Assembly (NCBI GenBank): GCA_030390025.1
Contig: CM059441.1
Location: 20,770,001-20,834,000 of the forward strand
DNA length: 64,000 nucleotides
From: Squalus acanthias
Lineage: Eukaryota
Reading direction: 5' to 3'
A program made the translations under genes and the position numbers. Below are positions 12,215-25,686 of the stretch, piece after piece. The notes under the pieces were generated by a model, which worked only from the letters and a program-made list of their open reading frames with translations, was not told where the DNA came from and searched no databases. Positions within the stretch are counted from its first letter, which is position 1. Each line of letters starts with the position of its first letter.

Positions 12215-12925
12215 GAGAAAATTATTGCCACATAATCCTTTTTGATCCTGGGAACTTCAGATTTAGCGCTCCAAGAGGGAAGAGGAGGTAAATCAAGCGC
12301 TAACCACTTCTCATAGGGCACTAAAGTGTGTGAGGGGTCGGGAGCGGCAGAGCGCTGAAGAATGTGCAGTGCAGTGCTACCAGCATCAGAGGCTCCTTCC
12401 CTCGCTTAAAGGGAAGGGCCAATGATGGTTTGCAACATTCTTCTTCTTAGTTCTGTGGGGCCAGGGGACCTGCGCGACTTCCATTACAGCCCCAATCAGT
12501 CTCAGAGAGTGGAGGGCTTAGGCATCGCGCAGCAATGAGGCTTCAAAAAGTTTCAGCAGGCACCAGACTGGTGTGAAGAATAAAGTTAGGCCCACTGGAC
12601 CACCACTGCCTTTAATTATCACTCCCCAAGCGGCCAGCCGAGGTGACAACGCCTTCTGTTGCTGCCGTTGTTGACGCCCGGCGATGGAGTGGGGGGAGGG
12701 AGCGAATTTCACATCCCGGGGCGGTAATGGGGCGCTGCGCATTTGATGACGTCACGATCTACGGGGCGTTAGAGGGCGAGGTGGTAAGTGTTAGCGCCAG
12801 CTCAAAACCGCCAGGGAAGTTCGCGGGCATCGCTGAACTTGCCGCGCCCGGTCGGTAACCCCTTAGCGCCCCGTTACCGCCCCCCGCAGGTGCTAACGGG
12901 AGGCGCAAAGCAGCCGAATTTCTCT
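12215..12925. mobile_element. Harbinger-derived MITE, related to 32054-32760
   Basis: Shares GGCTCCTTCCCTC.CTTAAAGGGAAGGGCC and right-end GCTAACGGGAGGCGC..GAATTTCT; left boundary approximate. Confidence 0.7.
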
Positions 12926-13239
12926 GTCTTACATGAAATGCGTTTGGGCAGCTTCAAATTGGTTCTCAGTGGGCATGAGCTATAGTCCCTTATATGCCAT
13001 GTGTTTATCACCAAATTAGCAATCTCACTCAGAGAGGCCATAGACACGTTGGTGTAGGAAAAGGACTGATGTCCTTTTCTTTCAAGAAATTGGGTTTCAA
13101 AGCATAAAGTACAGAAAGAAAGAGTATTTGAAGAAAACCTTTTAATAACTACACTGATAATGAATGCCCATTGCATGTGCGCTGCCTTGGACCATGGCTA
13201 GTGTAATGCAGAGAATTTGCCTTCATCCTAATTTGCCTC

Positions 13240-13560
13240 TCAGCTGCTGCTGCTGAAGAATCCTGGAGAAGGTCACCCATTGCCTCAGTAGTGCATACCG
13301 ATTGAATTGAGTGCTCTCCCCTGCTGATGTCTGGAAGCACTCAATGGTATTAATGAGGAGTGTGGTGGTCAATAGCCCTTCCACTGAAAATGGCACATTT
13401 TCTGCTGTATAGTTTCAGGGCTCCTTCAAGACACTGAAGTAAGTCTAAGGTTGCATCCCTGTTGAATGGCAGCCTCCTAGCATGTTGTCCATTGCTGAGG
13501 TACAGGGGGTGACCTATTTGCAGTATGTACCCTGCAGTGGGTAGTAATGATCCTGGAAAT
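13240..13560 (-). pseudogene. Very old Harbinger transposase N-terminal fragment
   Basis: Frameshifted similarity to 53341-54501 (RV...; RRLPFNRDATLDLLQCLEGAL; FQTSAG). Confidence 0.4.
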
Positions 13561-13704
13561 CCACCTTCTATGGGGCTTGAACCTCCTGGATTTTGCTTTC
13601 CTGCTGTTCCTGCTCCACCTCGTCCTCCAAAATATCAATATCCACACTGCTGAGTTCATTAAAAGCCACTCTTTTAGGATGCTCACGATGCAGTTTCCTC
13701 TACA

Positions 13705-14232
13705 GTGGAGAGACCAAACGCAGATTGGGCGACCGCTTTGTGGAACACCTCCGTTCAGTCCGTTAGGGGGACCCTGAGCTTCCGGTCGCCTGTCACTTTA
13801 ATTCTCCGCTTCACTCCCACTCTGATCTCTCTGTCCTCGGCCTATTACATTGTTCCAATGAAACTCAACGTAAGCTCGAGGAACAGCACCTCATCTTTCG
13901 ATTGGGCACTTTACAGCCTTCTGGACTCAACATTGAGTTCAACAATTTCGAACTATAACCCCTGCCCCCATTTTTCATGCTGTATGATTTTGCCATTCCC
14001 ATTTGCAACATTTTATCTTTCCTGCCTCTTACATAAGCACAGTATGTTCCTTCAATTCCTTCCTCCCCTCCCACCCCCCACCTCCCCCCTGTCTCTGCAC
14101 CTGCTTAATATCTGTTACATCTCCAGCTTTTTCCAGTTCTGATGAAGGGTCCTAGACCTGAAACGTTAACTCTGTTTCTCTCTCCACGGATGCTGCCTGG
14201 CCTGCTGAGTATTTCCAGCATTTTCTGTTGTT
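13705..14232 (+). mobile_element. Penelope-like element 3' fragment with pseudo-LTR
   Basis: Nucleotide match to 6160-6405 (GIY-YIG C-terminal part) followed by the same pLTR/hammerhead block. Confidence 0.88.
14135..14171 (+). ncRNA. Minimal type I hammerhead ribozyme (Penelope pLTR)
   Basis: AGUU-CUGAUGA-A-GGGUC(CUA)GACCU-GAAA-CGU-U-AACU. Confidence 0.8.
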
Positions 14233-14984
14233 ACTCTTTTAGGAACATAGGAACAGGGGGAGGCCATTCAGCCCCTCGAGCCTGTTCCGCCATTCAATGC
14301 GATCAGGGCTGATCTGTATCTTAACTCCATCTAACCGCCTTGGTTCCATGTCCCTTAATACCCTTGCCTAACAAAAATCAATCAAACTCAGTTTTGAAAT
14401 TTTCAATTGACCCCCAGCCTCAACAGCCTTTTTGGGGGAAGAGAGTTCCAGATTTCCAATCTATCAATGTATCCTACTCACCATGTGAACTCTACTGGTA
14501 AGAGAAATGAGCAAACTGTCACAATGAAATATATTCTCAGCAAGTTTGCATGTTTCCCATCAATTTCTACTTAACAAACAATTAACAACAAAAATGAACA
14601 AAAAATAATATCAGGCCTGGGTTAATATGTATTACAAATATTTATTCCGAGATGCAAGCGAGTACAGCCACTGCATTAATGCCAACTCACATAATTACCA
14701 CCCCCTAGCACACATTAGCACTAGTGCGCTAGCCCTCACACACCAACCCCACCGATGTGAAGTACAAAAACAGGAAAACATAAAGGAATTAGATAGCCTC
14801 ATACGGTGCAAGTGGCAAATCGTCAGCCTTACAGTCAGGTCATTTTTTTGAACTGGATGGTACAGTGGGTTAATACCCTGCCCTTTCACATCTGGTACTA
14901 GTGCTTGAATCCAATCTGCACTATGTGATAAAAGTCTCCTTTCAGTGCTGGCTCAAACAAACATACATGAAATGAGTTTGGCAG

Positions 14985-15825
14985 TGAGTGGGCAGGAATC
15001 TGGCAGATGGAGTTTAATGTGGGTAAATGCGAGGTTATCCACTTTGGTATGAAAAGTAAAAAAGCAAAATATTATTTAAATGGGGAGAGATTACAAAATG
15101 CTGAGGTACAGAGGGATCTGGGGGTCCTTGTACATGAATCACAAAAAGTTAGCATGCAGGTACAGCAAGTAATTAGGAAGGTAAATGGAGTGTTGGCCTT
15201 TATTGCAAAGGGAATGGAGTATAAAAGTAGGGAAGCCCTGTTACAACTGTACAGGGCGTTGGTGAGACCACACCTGGAGTACTGCGTACAGTTTTGGTCT
15301 CCTTATTTAAGGAAGGATATACTTGCATTGGAGGCAGTTCAGAGAAGGTTCACGAGGTTGATTCCGGAGATGAAGGGGTTGTCTTATGAAGAAAGGTTGA
15401 GCAGGCTGGGCCTATACTCATTGGAGTTTAGAAGAATGAGAGGGGATCTTATTGAAACATATAAGATTCTGAACGGGCTTGACAGGGTAGATGCTGAGAG
15501 GATGTTTCCCCTCGTGGAGGAATCTAGAACTAGGGGGCATAATTTCAGAATAAGGGGGCACCCATTTAAAACGGAAATGAGGAGGAATTTCTTCTCTCAG
15601 AGGGTCGTGAATCTTTGGAATTCTCTTCCCCAGAGAGCTGTGGAGGCTGGGTCATTGAACATATTTAAGGTGGAGATTTTTGAAAGGTAAGGGAGTCAAG
15701 GGTTATGGGGAGCGGGCAGGGAAGTGGAGTTGAGGCCAAGATCAGATCAGCCATGATCTTATTGAATGGCGGAGCAGGCTCGAGGGGCCAAATGACCAAC
15801 TCCTGCTCCTACATCTTATGTTCTT
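14985..15825 (+). mobile_element. CR1 LINE 3' fragment
   Basis: ORF 15007-15690 (LYRALVRPHLEYCVQFWSP, RRMRGDLIE, FFSQRVV..WNSLP) and 3'UTR with TTATG repeat. Confidence 0.93.
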
Positions 15826-16615
15826 ATACCCACAGGGCTAAAAATTCGAGTCAGCCTGAAAACGGGTGCGGGGATCACGATGCGCGATCGGCCTGCGCCT
15901 GTTGAAAGTACTGCAGGCAACATTCATGCTGCCTGCTAATTAACATTATTGATGCCTGCAGCCCAGTGATGTGAGCGCTGCTGAGTGGCTGAGCGTTCAG
16001 CAGAGGGCCCAAGTTCGTGCGAGGCTCGGTCTATTTAAAGCTAGCCTCCACTTTTAAATGCAGTCTGCACTTCTTAAAGGGGAGATGCATTCTGCATTCA
16101 GCACCTCATTGAACTGGTTGTCAAGGCAACTGTCAGCCAGTTATGGCTCAACAGGGCAGCGAAAGGGCAACTAGGTTCTCAGATGCAGCACTGGAGGCTT
16201 TAGTGTGGGGGGTAGAATGGAGGAGACAGGTCTTCTACCCGTAGGGGGTCAGGAGGGCCTCCTGACTGACTGTAAGAAGGCAATGTGAGCAGATAGCTGA
16301 AGCAGTCACTGACAGCAATCTTGCCCCGAGGAACTGGATGCAGTGCCGAAAGAAGTTTGATGATCTCACACAAGTGGTCAAGGTCAGTGAATGCATCTTC
16401 AAAAGCCGTCTCCCGCCAACTGCACCACTAGCCTCACACACTGCTCAATGCACCACACACCCATCACTCACCTACTAATAATCTCTATCAATCACGACTG
16501 ATTCCTTACATTCATAGCTTTACCTCACCCTCACACACTTACCACTACTGCAAGCCTTACACCCACATCTCACATCTTGCACACACTGCCAGCTATTCAA
16601 CCATGCCAAGCACAT

Positions 16616-19352
16616 CACCCAAACACATTGCAGTGCACTCACTGACACACTTCACCCAAACACATTGCACCGCACTCACTGACACACTTCACCCAAACAC
16701 ATTGCACCGCACTCACTGACACACTTCACCCAAACACATTGCACCACACTCACTGACACACTTCACCCAAACACATTGCACCACACTCACTGACACACTT
16801 TGAAGGGATAATTACTAGTCCTAGCCCCTTTAGGGCTACCCTGGATCAGACGTATTCTCCAGACGTTCACTTTCAACTAAAGTTTGAGGTAGCCGAATCT
16901 TAAAGACGCTTAATTGGGTCTAAAGGTCCGGACTATCTCTCCCTGAAGGAAAGGAACAACCTGAAGATGTTACCATCCTCCAGATAGCACTTTTAATAAG
17001 TTTAGCTAGACTGTAACGTTCCGGATATTATGAGGGTCCGGAAAACTCCCTCAGAATTCTGCAACTCCTCACCAAAGAGCGTACAGAGATTGAGTTTGCG
17101 AGTTTGATACAGAAGTATGATGTGAGACAATTCTAAAAATATATAGATTTATTAAAGAACCGACATGTAATTACAGTTGGTGATTCAATCGCAACATTAA
17201 CAGTTCCAATAACAGAAATCTTACAATTCTATTATCAGAGATCCTTATTCTCAAATCTTAACTTCGTTACATTTTTACAGTTCTTAGTTTTATTCCAGGG
17301 TATCCACCAAAATCAAATATAGTACAATACCTTGATCCCCGAGGTACAAAAAGTTGTAGACTTACAGAGCTTGCCTCTGAAGCCGAGAATCGCTTTGCCC
17401 CTTTACAGCGAATCTATCATCCCATTTGAAAGTTCAATATTTATATCCTTTCTCAGTGGTATTTCCTTTGAAGTTTTCTGCTGATGTAAGCTAATTATCT
17501 CTCGTCATTTTTCTGCTGACCCCTGCTATTCTTACAGTCAGTTCAGCTGGTAGCATTACGAATCGTGTCTCTACCTTTAGGTGTTCGAAGCTTATCATAA
17601 AAACGGTGTGACAGCAGATGCATCTATTTGATGTCATTCTTACCAAGGTCTTCTGTTTGTGTCTTTTTACAACGTGTAAATTAAAAACACCTCAACCGGG
17701 TGCACCATTGTCTTCTTAGTTACCTCAGCTATTTGCAACACAGACTCGTGTCTCCTGTGTTTCATTTGATGTCATTTTTACGAAGGCATATGTTTTTTAA
17801 TTTTCTGTGTTTCTTTCCTAAGTGTAATTTAGGACACCTTAACAGGGTGTACCATTGTGTTCTTTCCAAAGCTTCAGACTTCAGGAGCTTCCAACCTCCT
17901 GTTTCAATAAGGTTATTGATTCAGTGTCAACAACATATCTTATCTCAATAGACTGTATGCTGTTTACAGCTTCTACATTGTTAGGTTTTTAGATTTTCAA
18001 GCCCAATTTGTCATGTTACAAAGGCCAGAATTCTTTCATAGAATGGTGTATTTTTCTGAATATGGCTTATTCCTTCACAACTTTACCCAAACACATTGCA
18101 CCACACTCACTGACACACATCACCCAAACACATTGCACCACACTCACTGACACACATCACCCAAACACATTGCACCACACTCACTGACACACTTCACCCA
18201 AACACATTGCACCACACTCACTGACACACATCACCCAAACACATTGCACCACACTCACTGACACACTTCACCCAAACACATTGCACCACACTCACTGACA
18301 CACTTCACCCAAACACATTGCACCACACTCACTGACACACACATCACCCAAACACATTGCACCACACTCATTGACACACTTCACCCAAACACATTGCACC
18401 ACACTCACTGACACACATATCACCCAAACACATTGCACCACACTCACTGACACACTTCACCCAAACACATTGCACCACACTCACTGATACACATCACCCA
18501 AACACATTGCACCACACTCACTGACACACATATCACCCAAACACATTGCACCACACTCACTGACACACTTCACCCAAACACATTGCACCACACTCACTGA
18601 CACACATCACCCAAACACATTGCACCACACTCACTGACACACTTCACCCAAACACATTGCACCACACTCACTGACACACATCACCCAAACACATTGCACC
18701 ACACTCACTGACACACATCACCCAAACACATTGCACCACACTCACTGACACACTTCACCCAAACACATTGCACCACACTCACTGACACACTTCACCCAAA
18801 CACATTGCACCACACTCACTGACACACTTCACCCAAACACATTGCACCACACTCACTGACACACACTTCACCCAAACACATTGCACCGCACTCACTGACA
18901 CACTTCACCCAAACACATTGCACCGCACTCACTGACACACTTCACCCAAACACATTGCACCACACTCACTGACACACATCACCCAAACACATTGCACCAC
19001 ACTCACTGACACACATATCACCCAAACACATTGCACCACACTCACTGACACACTTCACCCAAACACATTGCACCACACTCACTGATACACTTCACCCAAA
19101 CACATTGCACCACACTCACTGACACACACATCACCCAAACACATTGCACCACACTCACTGACACACATCACCCAAACACATTGCACCGCACTCACTGACA
19201 CACGTCACCCAAACACATTGCACCACACTCACTGACACACTTCACCCAAACACATTGCACCACACTCACTGACACACTTCACCCAAACACATTGCACCAC
19301 ACTCACTGATACACTTCACCCAAACACATTGCACCACACTCACTGACACACT
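16616..19352 (+). repeat. 37-bp minisatellite (about 5 + 34 copies) interrupted by a solo LTR
   Basis: Unit CACCCAAACACATTGCACCACACTCACTGACACACTT with occasional 39-bp variants; runs up to the polypyrimidine tract of the Myb exon 2 acceptor. Confidence 0.95.
16801..18079 (-). mobile_element. Solo LTR, 1279 bp (ERV- or Gypsy-type)
   Basis: TG...CA ends with inverted termini TGAAGGGATAA / TTATTCCTTCACA; 4-bp TSD ACTT (16797-16800, 18080-18083); minus-strand TATAAA near 17440 and AATAAA at 17153-17148; no coding ORF. Confidence 0.8.
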
Positions 19353-21427
19353 TCCCTTTATCTTGCAGGGCAAGGTGGCACATAACAGGAGACAGCAGAA
19401 TTTAACCAGCGGGAGACAGGCATGGCTGCATATCCTGACCCAGCTGGAGGAGACTGTGCTTGACATTATTGGCGGGGCCGTCACTGAGGCCATGGCGATT
19501 GGCGAGGCTGAAACCGTTGAAGATGACAGTGTGCTTACACCTAATCCTCCTTCTCACATCCCACTTCCCCCTCATCCCACAATCTCTTCTCACTTACAAG
19601 CTGCTGATGGTGTAAGCATGCACCTCTTGCTTTCCCCCCTCCCCTCATCGCAACCCCACCCTTGTGCCTTTCTCCTTTCAGATAATCAAGAACTCCAAGC
19701 TTCCCAGCCAGTGCAGGATGAACAAGAGGAGAGTGATGGAGAGGAAGAAACGCGGCCACTCAATCTGACACTCACTGGCACTAGCTCAGAAACTGGCGCT
19801 GCGCATACTTTTGAGGGCAGTATAGAGGCGGGATCTGCACGTGGTGAGTCACTGGGCATGAGTGGCCTGCAGCCAGGGCAGAGGGAAAGGGTAGCGCAGG
19901 TGCCAGCCCCCCGAAGGGCGAGCTCGCAGACGAGTTTTGCTGCAGAGGACTCAGATGAGGACTTCGATGGGGTGGCCTGCAGAAGAAGGGTGATGGGCAT
20001 GCAAAAGAGCCTGTTGTCACTGTTAAGGAACATGGAGGCATCCGGCTCCAACATTGCACAGGATTTTGCACAAAGCCCATGATTTCCAGGATGGAAGTGA
20101 TGGGCAACTCCATTAGAACACTTGTGGACCCAACCATGATGCAGGGTCTGATGGCTGATGCCTTAGCTTCCATTGCAGCACAAGCAGAAGTGACCCAACA
20201 TCTGAGTGCTACAGTGGAAGCTCAAACTTCTGCCACGCAAACTCAGCTTGCCGCCACTTAAGCTCAGACTGTTGCCATCGAGGCTTAATTTACCAGTGTG
20301 GAAAGGGGCTTGCAGGGTGTCACAGCAGCCCAGCAATCTGTCCTCCAACAGATTACTAGGAATGCTGAGGCGCTGCCCCGGGGGAGTGGCAGTGGCTCCG
20401 TGGAGCACGAACCTGCTGTCCTCTCTCAGGAGTCCAGCATTCGTACTACCACCACTGCCACTCCACCAGTGCTCTTGCTGTTGCCTGTCAGCCAGCCAGC
20501 CCAGACTGCTGCCGCCCATGCCGAGACGGTGCAGTCCACATCCGGGCCTTCGAGGTGCAGAGCTGCTCGAGGTCATCCTGCAAGGTCATCTGCAGTCTCC
20601 CCCACTGAAAGTCAGCAGCTTTCCACCAGCCATGCTGTAGTCACTGGGGTAGCACTTCGTAGGAGCACCAGGACAGGCAAAGGCACACGGAAGACAGGCA
20701 CTAAGGGAATACACAAGGGTGATTAGCTGACTTTGTAGTATTGGATTGAATGATTAATAAACGTGGTTTGGAATGTTTGTTTTGTGGTGGCTTTCATTTC
20801 AGCTTTGTGACCAAGAGGACGCTATAGTGTTCCATGACAGAGGGCTGGTAAGGTGGGGAAGTGTTGAGCAACGGGGATCTGAGGTTTCATTCAGGGGAAA
20901 TGGAGTCTGATGATGCGCTCACGGACAGCCTGTCCGGAACGTGGATACGTAGGCTGCTTCCTCCATTCCCCCTCCTCCTCTTCCTTCTCCTTCTCCGTTG
21001 GTCACGGAACCCGTGGTGGCAAGGGCTGCACCCTCATGATGGCCAAGTTGTGGAGGATGCAGCAGACCACCACGAATTGGGACACCCACTCCGGTGAGTA
21101 CTGGAGGGCTCCTCCCGAGCGGTCAGGGCAACAGAACCGTTGCTTCAGCACCCCGATGGTCTGCTCGATGATGTTCCTCGTGGCAGCATGGCTCTCATTA
21201 TATGAGTGCTGGCCACGAGTGGTGAGGTTGTGGAGGGGAGTCATCAGCCAGGTGTAGAGCGGAGAGTCCTTGTTGCCTATCAGCCACCTTCAGGTTCGAA
21301 GTGGTGGCTGGAAAATTGCTGGCACTGCAGACTGGCGCAGGATAGCCGGCATTCACCATCACGGTGTGCTGAACATGGTCACACACCAACTGCTCATTAA
21401 GTGAGTGGTACTCTTTGCAGTTACGGA

Positions 21428-21815
21428 ACAACAACAACAACTTGTATTTATATAGTGTCTTTAACGTAGTAAAATGTCCCAAAGCGCTTCACAGGCGTAT
21501 TATAAGACAAAACATTTGACACCGAGCTGAGCCACATAAGGAGAAGTTAGGGCAGGTGACCAAAAACTTGGTCAAAGAGGTAGGTTTTAAGGAACATCTT
21601 AAAGGAGGAAAGAGAGGTAGCGAGGCGGCGAGGTTTAGGGAGGTAATTCCAGAGCTCGGGGCCTAGGCAACAGAAGGCACGGCCACCAGTGGTTGAGTGA
21701 TTATAATCAGGGATGCTCAAGGGGGCAGAATTAGAGGAGCGCAGATATCTTGGGGGGTTGTGGGGCTGGAGGGGATTACAGAGATAGAGAGGGGGCGAGG
21801 CCATGGAGGGGCAAG
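21428..21815 (-). mobile_element. L2 LINE 3' end
   Basis: LRSS, GGRAF...GPELWN.LP, FK..LKTYLF; (GTT)n tail. Confidence 0.85.
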
Positions 21816-22319
21816 GCCATGCAGTGCAAGACTTGCCAGAGGTGAGCTGTTTCGTACTGAAAGCGGAGTGAGGAATGGCATTGTTGGCCATGAATGTCCT
21901 TGTGCTACCCAGTAATTGTGTGGCATCGATGGCTGTGGTATCAAAATAGATAACCTGCTGCGCTGATGTCTTCCACAAAGCAGTTAAACCGCATTTTCCT
22001 TTTATTAGGAGTAGTCATACTCTGGTTTATTGCAAAACAATTAATTTTGCAATAGTAGGTGTAATATATGGGGGTAGAACAAATGAAGGACAGAGACACC
22101 ATGAGTTGCTAGTCCATGTGCTTGCTTTATTAGGCCAGAGTGAACTGAGCATGCTCATATTAAACCATGTGACAAATCATGTGATAATACAATACACTGC
22201 TTTCCCCTTAAAAAATAATGTGTATTCCCCTCTCCAATACAGCAAAACTATGGTCCCACTTTTCCCAGCATTACATGTGCCACATAACAAAAACTCCTGT
22301 TTTTTTTCTTTTAAATGAA

Positions 22320-23857
22320 TTACAAATCCAGTTTAATAACAGGTTTGTGGAGCCTTCCTGATCTACTTCCAGAAGGTTTTGGTGTTGAACCAATTTTCGG
22401 GCTGTTTTGTTTTGGTTCCAAACTCAAAGATGATCCTGTTTCTATCTCAGACTTGTTTGAACCTGGTACTTCAGTTTCTGAAGTCTGAACTGAGTCAAAC
22501 TCATGGATGAGTTCATGATCAAGGGGTTCAAGATCATGTCTTGGTTCATCTCTAGCAGAGATCATTTGATCTACATGAACACTTCGGATGTTGTCACCAA
22601 TTTCAACCAAATATCTCTTGGTTCCACCAACCTCTACTATGGTTCCTACATCCCACTTGTGTGAACTCGACTTTCCAGGGGGACTGAGAACACAAACACA
22701 CTCGTTTTGTTTGAAACTGTGTTCTTTCTGATTGCTGTCATAATAACGTTTCTGACTCAACTGTTTCTGTTCAACTCTTGAGGCCAAATTTGGTTGAACA
22801 AGACTCAATCGTGTTCTCAATCTCCTATTGATCAAGAGTTCTGCTGGGGTATGTCCAGTTGTAGTGTGTGGAGTAGTTCTGTACTTCAGCAAGAAATTTG
22901 CCAAACGTTGCTTCATGCTGAGTCCCGAACAACCCTACAACACTTGCTTTTTGAGAGCTTCTTTTACTATTCTGACTGACCTTTTGGCTGCTCTGTTTGA
23001 AGCGGGATGATATGGTGGAACAAGAGTATGTTTGATACCGTTCCTTTTCATGAATTCTTGGAATAGAACAGAACAGAACTGAGAGCCATGGTCAGAAACA
23101 AGATCTTCTGGTAAGCCATGACATGCAAAGACAAACCTCAACTCATCTATGGTAAGTTCAGTTGTAGTATTTGAACCCATGTGTTTCACTTCAATCCACT
23201 TTGAGTGACTATCTACAAATACCAGGAAATAATCATTTGCTTTCTCACAGAAGTCTACATGTACTCTCTGAAAAGGTCTACTTGGCCATGACCAGGGTTG
23301 TAGTGGAGTTTTGGGTGTTTTTTTCCTGCAATTTTGACAAACACTGCATTTGATGACAAGTGATTCAAGAACATTGTCCAATCCAGGCCAATAAACAAAG
23401 CTTCTTGCAATTGATTTCAAACTAACGATCCCTGGATGTTCAGTATGAAGTTCGGCCAGAATTCTGTCTCTCAAAGAAGTAGGTAACACCACTCTGTTTC
23501 CCCACTTGATACAACCTTGCTCACAAGACAATTCAGTACGACGGTTATGGAATGGTTTCAATTCTGTGTCCATACACTGATCAGTCCATCCATTCAAGGT
23601 GTTTTCATACACTCTTTTCAGTACAGAGTCCTTTTGAGTCCTCATCTGCAGTCTCAGTTGCATTCATTTGTCAACTGCACCTAGTGTGAAAATCTCACCT
23701 TCACTCCCAACACATGAGTCCTCATGTGGCAACCTGGACAAGGCATCTGCGATTGTGATTTGCTTTGAAGTGCGATATTCAATTGTGTAGTCATATTGTG
23801 ACAACAACACTGCCCAACGTTGCATTCCTGATGCGGCCATTGCAGGGATGGCAGTGA
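22320..23857 (-). pseudogene. Gypsy RNase H tail + integrase with stops
   Basis: QRWAVLLSQYDYTIEYR, ADALSRLP, H..H..C..C zinc finger, HVDF and SDHGSQF; catalytic E position reads K (SNRAAKRSV); in-frame stops at 23664 and 22935. Confidence 0.9.
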
Positions 23858-24606
23858 AAACACTTTGCATTTCTGTATTGGCAGGACTGTGGTGAGTGAT
23901 TTCTATTGCAGTGATAACAATTCACTAAACTGCTCTCACCAACATGCTTTTCACCCAGTCTCACAGCTTTAGGTTTGGCGGTGGCTTTGTGACTGTAGAC
24001 CTCAGCTGCACTAGTCACTTGAGTTGGACAGAGCTCCCTAGCATTCTTAGACACCTTCTCCATAGATAGGGCAATTTTGCATGCTATGTCAAACGTTAGG
24101 TTCAAAGTGTTCAGTAACTTGGACTGTGTGCGCTCATCTACCAGTCCACACACAAACTTATCTTGCAACGCACGATCCAAAAATGTGCCAAAGTTACAAT
24201 GTAAAGACAGGCTCTTAAGAGCTACAATATACTCACTGATGGTTTCACTTTGTTTTTGGTTTCTGGTACCAAACTTATAGCTCTCTGCTATTTCTAACGG
24301 CTTTGGGTCGAAATTGTCCTCGAGTTTCTCGACAATGTCTTCAAACGACGCTTCCTTTGCTTTCCCTGGCGCCAGTAGTTTTGTCAACGTTCTGTAGACA
24401 TCTGGCCCGATCTCCGTTAGAAAAATTGCTTTTTTCCGTTCACGAATTATTTTATTTTGAGCTTGAACATTCTCATCAGCACCTTCGGTCTCAATAATAT
24501 TATTGGCCATAAAAAATATCTCCATCCGCTCAATGTAAGAACTGAATGGTTCGTGAGCTCGGTCATACAGGCCAAGGCTTCCGATGAATCCCGCAGGCGC
24601 GGCCAT
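23858..24606 (-). pseudogene. Gypsy gag, truncated in the zinc-knuckle region
   Basis: YIERMEIFF.AN, F..RNQ...ETI.EY...L..L...CNFG, CYHC...H....C knuckle; jumps directly into RNase H tail sequence. Confidence 0.85.
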
Positions 24607-25686
24607 GATTGTCCCGATCCTGTTGCACAGTGACTCAGCACACTACCTGTGTACCAGTGAGAATCAACGCCGCTGTTGCTGTGTATACATACACACGAAG
24701 GCGAAGCACAGATGATTCTGCATCAGTATTAATGGTAAAACATCGCAAAAATTCAGTTTAGGTGTCACAAATTCACCTTAAACTTGTCCACTCGAAGGTT
24801 GAACACTGTGTCCTTCCATGATCCCTAAAAATGGCTTTGGGATCCCATTCTCGTCGCCAAAATGTTATATATGTGGGTAGAAAAAATGAAGGACAGAGAC
24901 ACCATGAGTTGCTAGTCCATGTGTTTGCTTTATTAGGCCAGAGCGAACTGAGCATGTTCATACTAAACAATGTGACAAACCATGTGATAATACATTACAG
25001 TAGGTGACTTAACAGAAAAATACAGTTGATTTTTAGGACAAAATTACAGCAACAACAGTAATGGAGCACAAAGAAATCGTGTTTTCAGTTCACATTATAA
25101 AGCTAATTTCTGACCGCATTTCTGACAAAGAGCCTCACCCACCAGGATTGTGCATCAGAAACACGCGTGTTCCGCAAGCACACAATTTTCTGACCATTAC
25201 TCTAAATAATTGGGAAATTGTGACTGAATTCCCAGTGAGGCTTTCCCAGCTGCTGAGGCTTCCTGGCAAAAGGGCGAAGTCATAAAATGACCCCAGGTAT
25301 ATATATTCCATGAAATTCCACCGTAACTTTGACGGGATATGAGAGAAACCGTCGGACAAATGGCGCAAAATTACTTCAGGAGGTGAGGAGAACTCCCTGA
25401 GAATTTCCAGTCCATTATATACATTGAAGCTACAAACACATTGAATGGGGAAAAGGCAATTCGGTTGTCAACACTGAGGGCTGATGAATCGATGCTTTGG
25501 CGAACCGTAATCCATTGTTAACCCCCAAATCTTTATTGTGCAAAAGCTAGTCATAGCTATCACTGTTGTGGCCTAAATTTAAACCTATAAGTCTAGAAAT
25601 TCTGACAAGTGTGAAAATTTACACGTCAATAATTAAGTAATGGGGGTGGAAAGGTGGGACTGCAGTGCAGTTGTTGCTGCAGTAAT

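Larger units (their letters stand above)
15835..21427. mobile_element. Decayed PIF/Harbinger element (left TIR, Myb pseudogene +, 3' part of transposase -)
   Basis: Left TIR-like GGGCTAAAAATTC; Myb exon 1 at 16143-16383 with internal stops; exon 2 from 19369 (GKVAHNRRQQ); exon 3 19682-20726 with frameshifts; transposase remnant ~20920-21427 (HSLNEQLVCDH, RNIIEQTIGVLKQRF) truncated at an L2 insertion. Confidence 0.88.
22060..24999 (-). mobile_element. Gypsy (Mag-like) LTR retrotransposon, internally deleted (gag + integrase, no PR/RT)
   Basis: 137-bp LTRs 22060-22196 and 24863-24999 (TG..CA, 10 mismatches); TSD GTAGG; PBS TGGCGACGAGAATGGGAT (tRNA-Ser type); PPT AAGGGGAAAGCAG. Confidence 0.95.

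Noticed and set aside
16616-19352. 37-bp repeat array as a CRISPR array
   Set aside because: Units are contiguous with no unique spacers, no cas genes, and the DNA is eukaryotic; it is a minisatellite.
25401-25413. Right TIR of the Harbinger starting at 15835
   Set aside because: Only partial TIR match, flanks ACA/ATT do not form a TSD, and intervening sequence looks like another MITE family.
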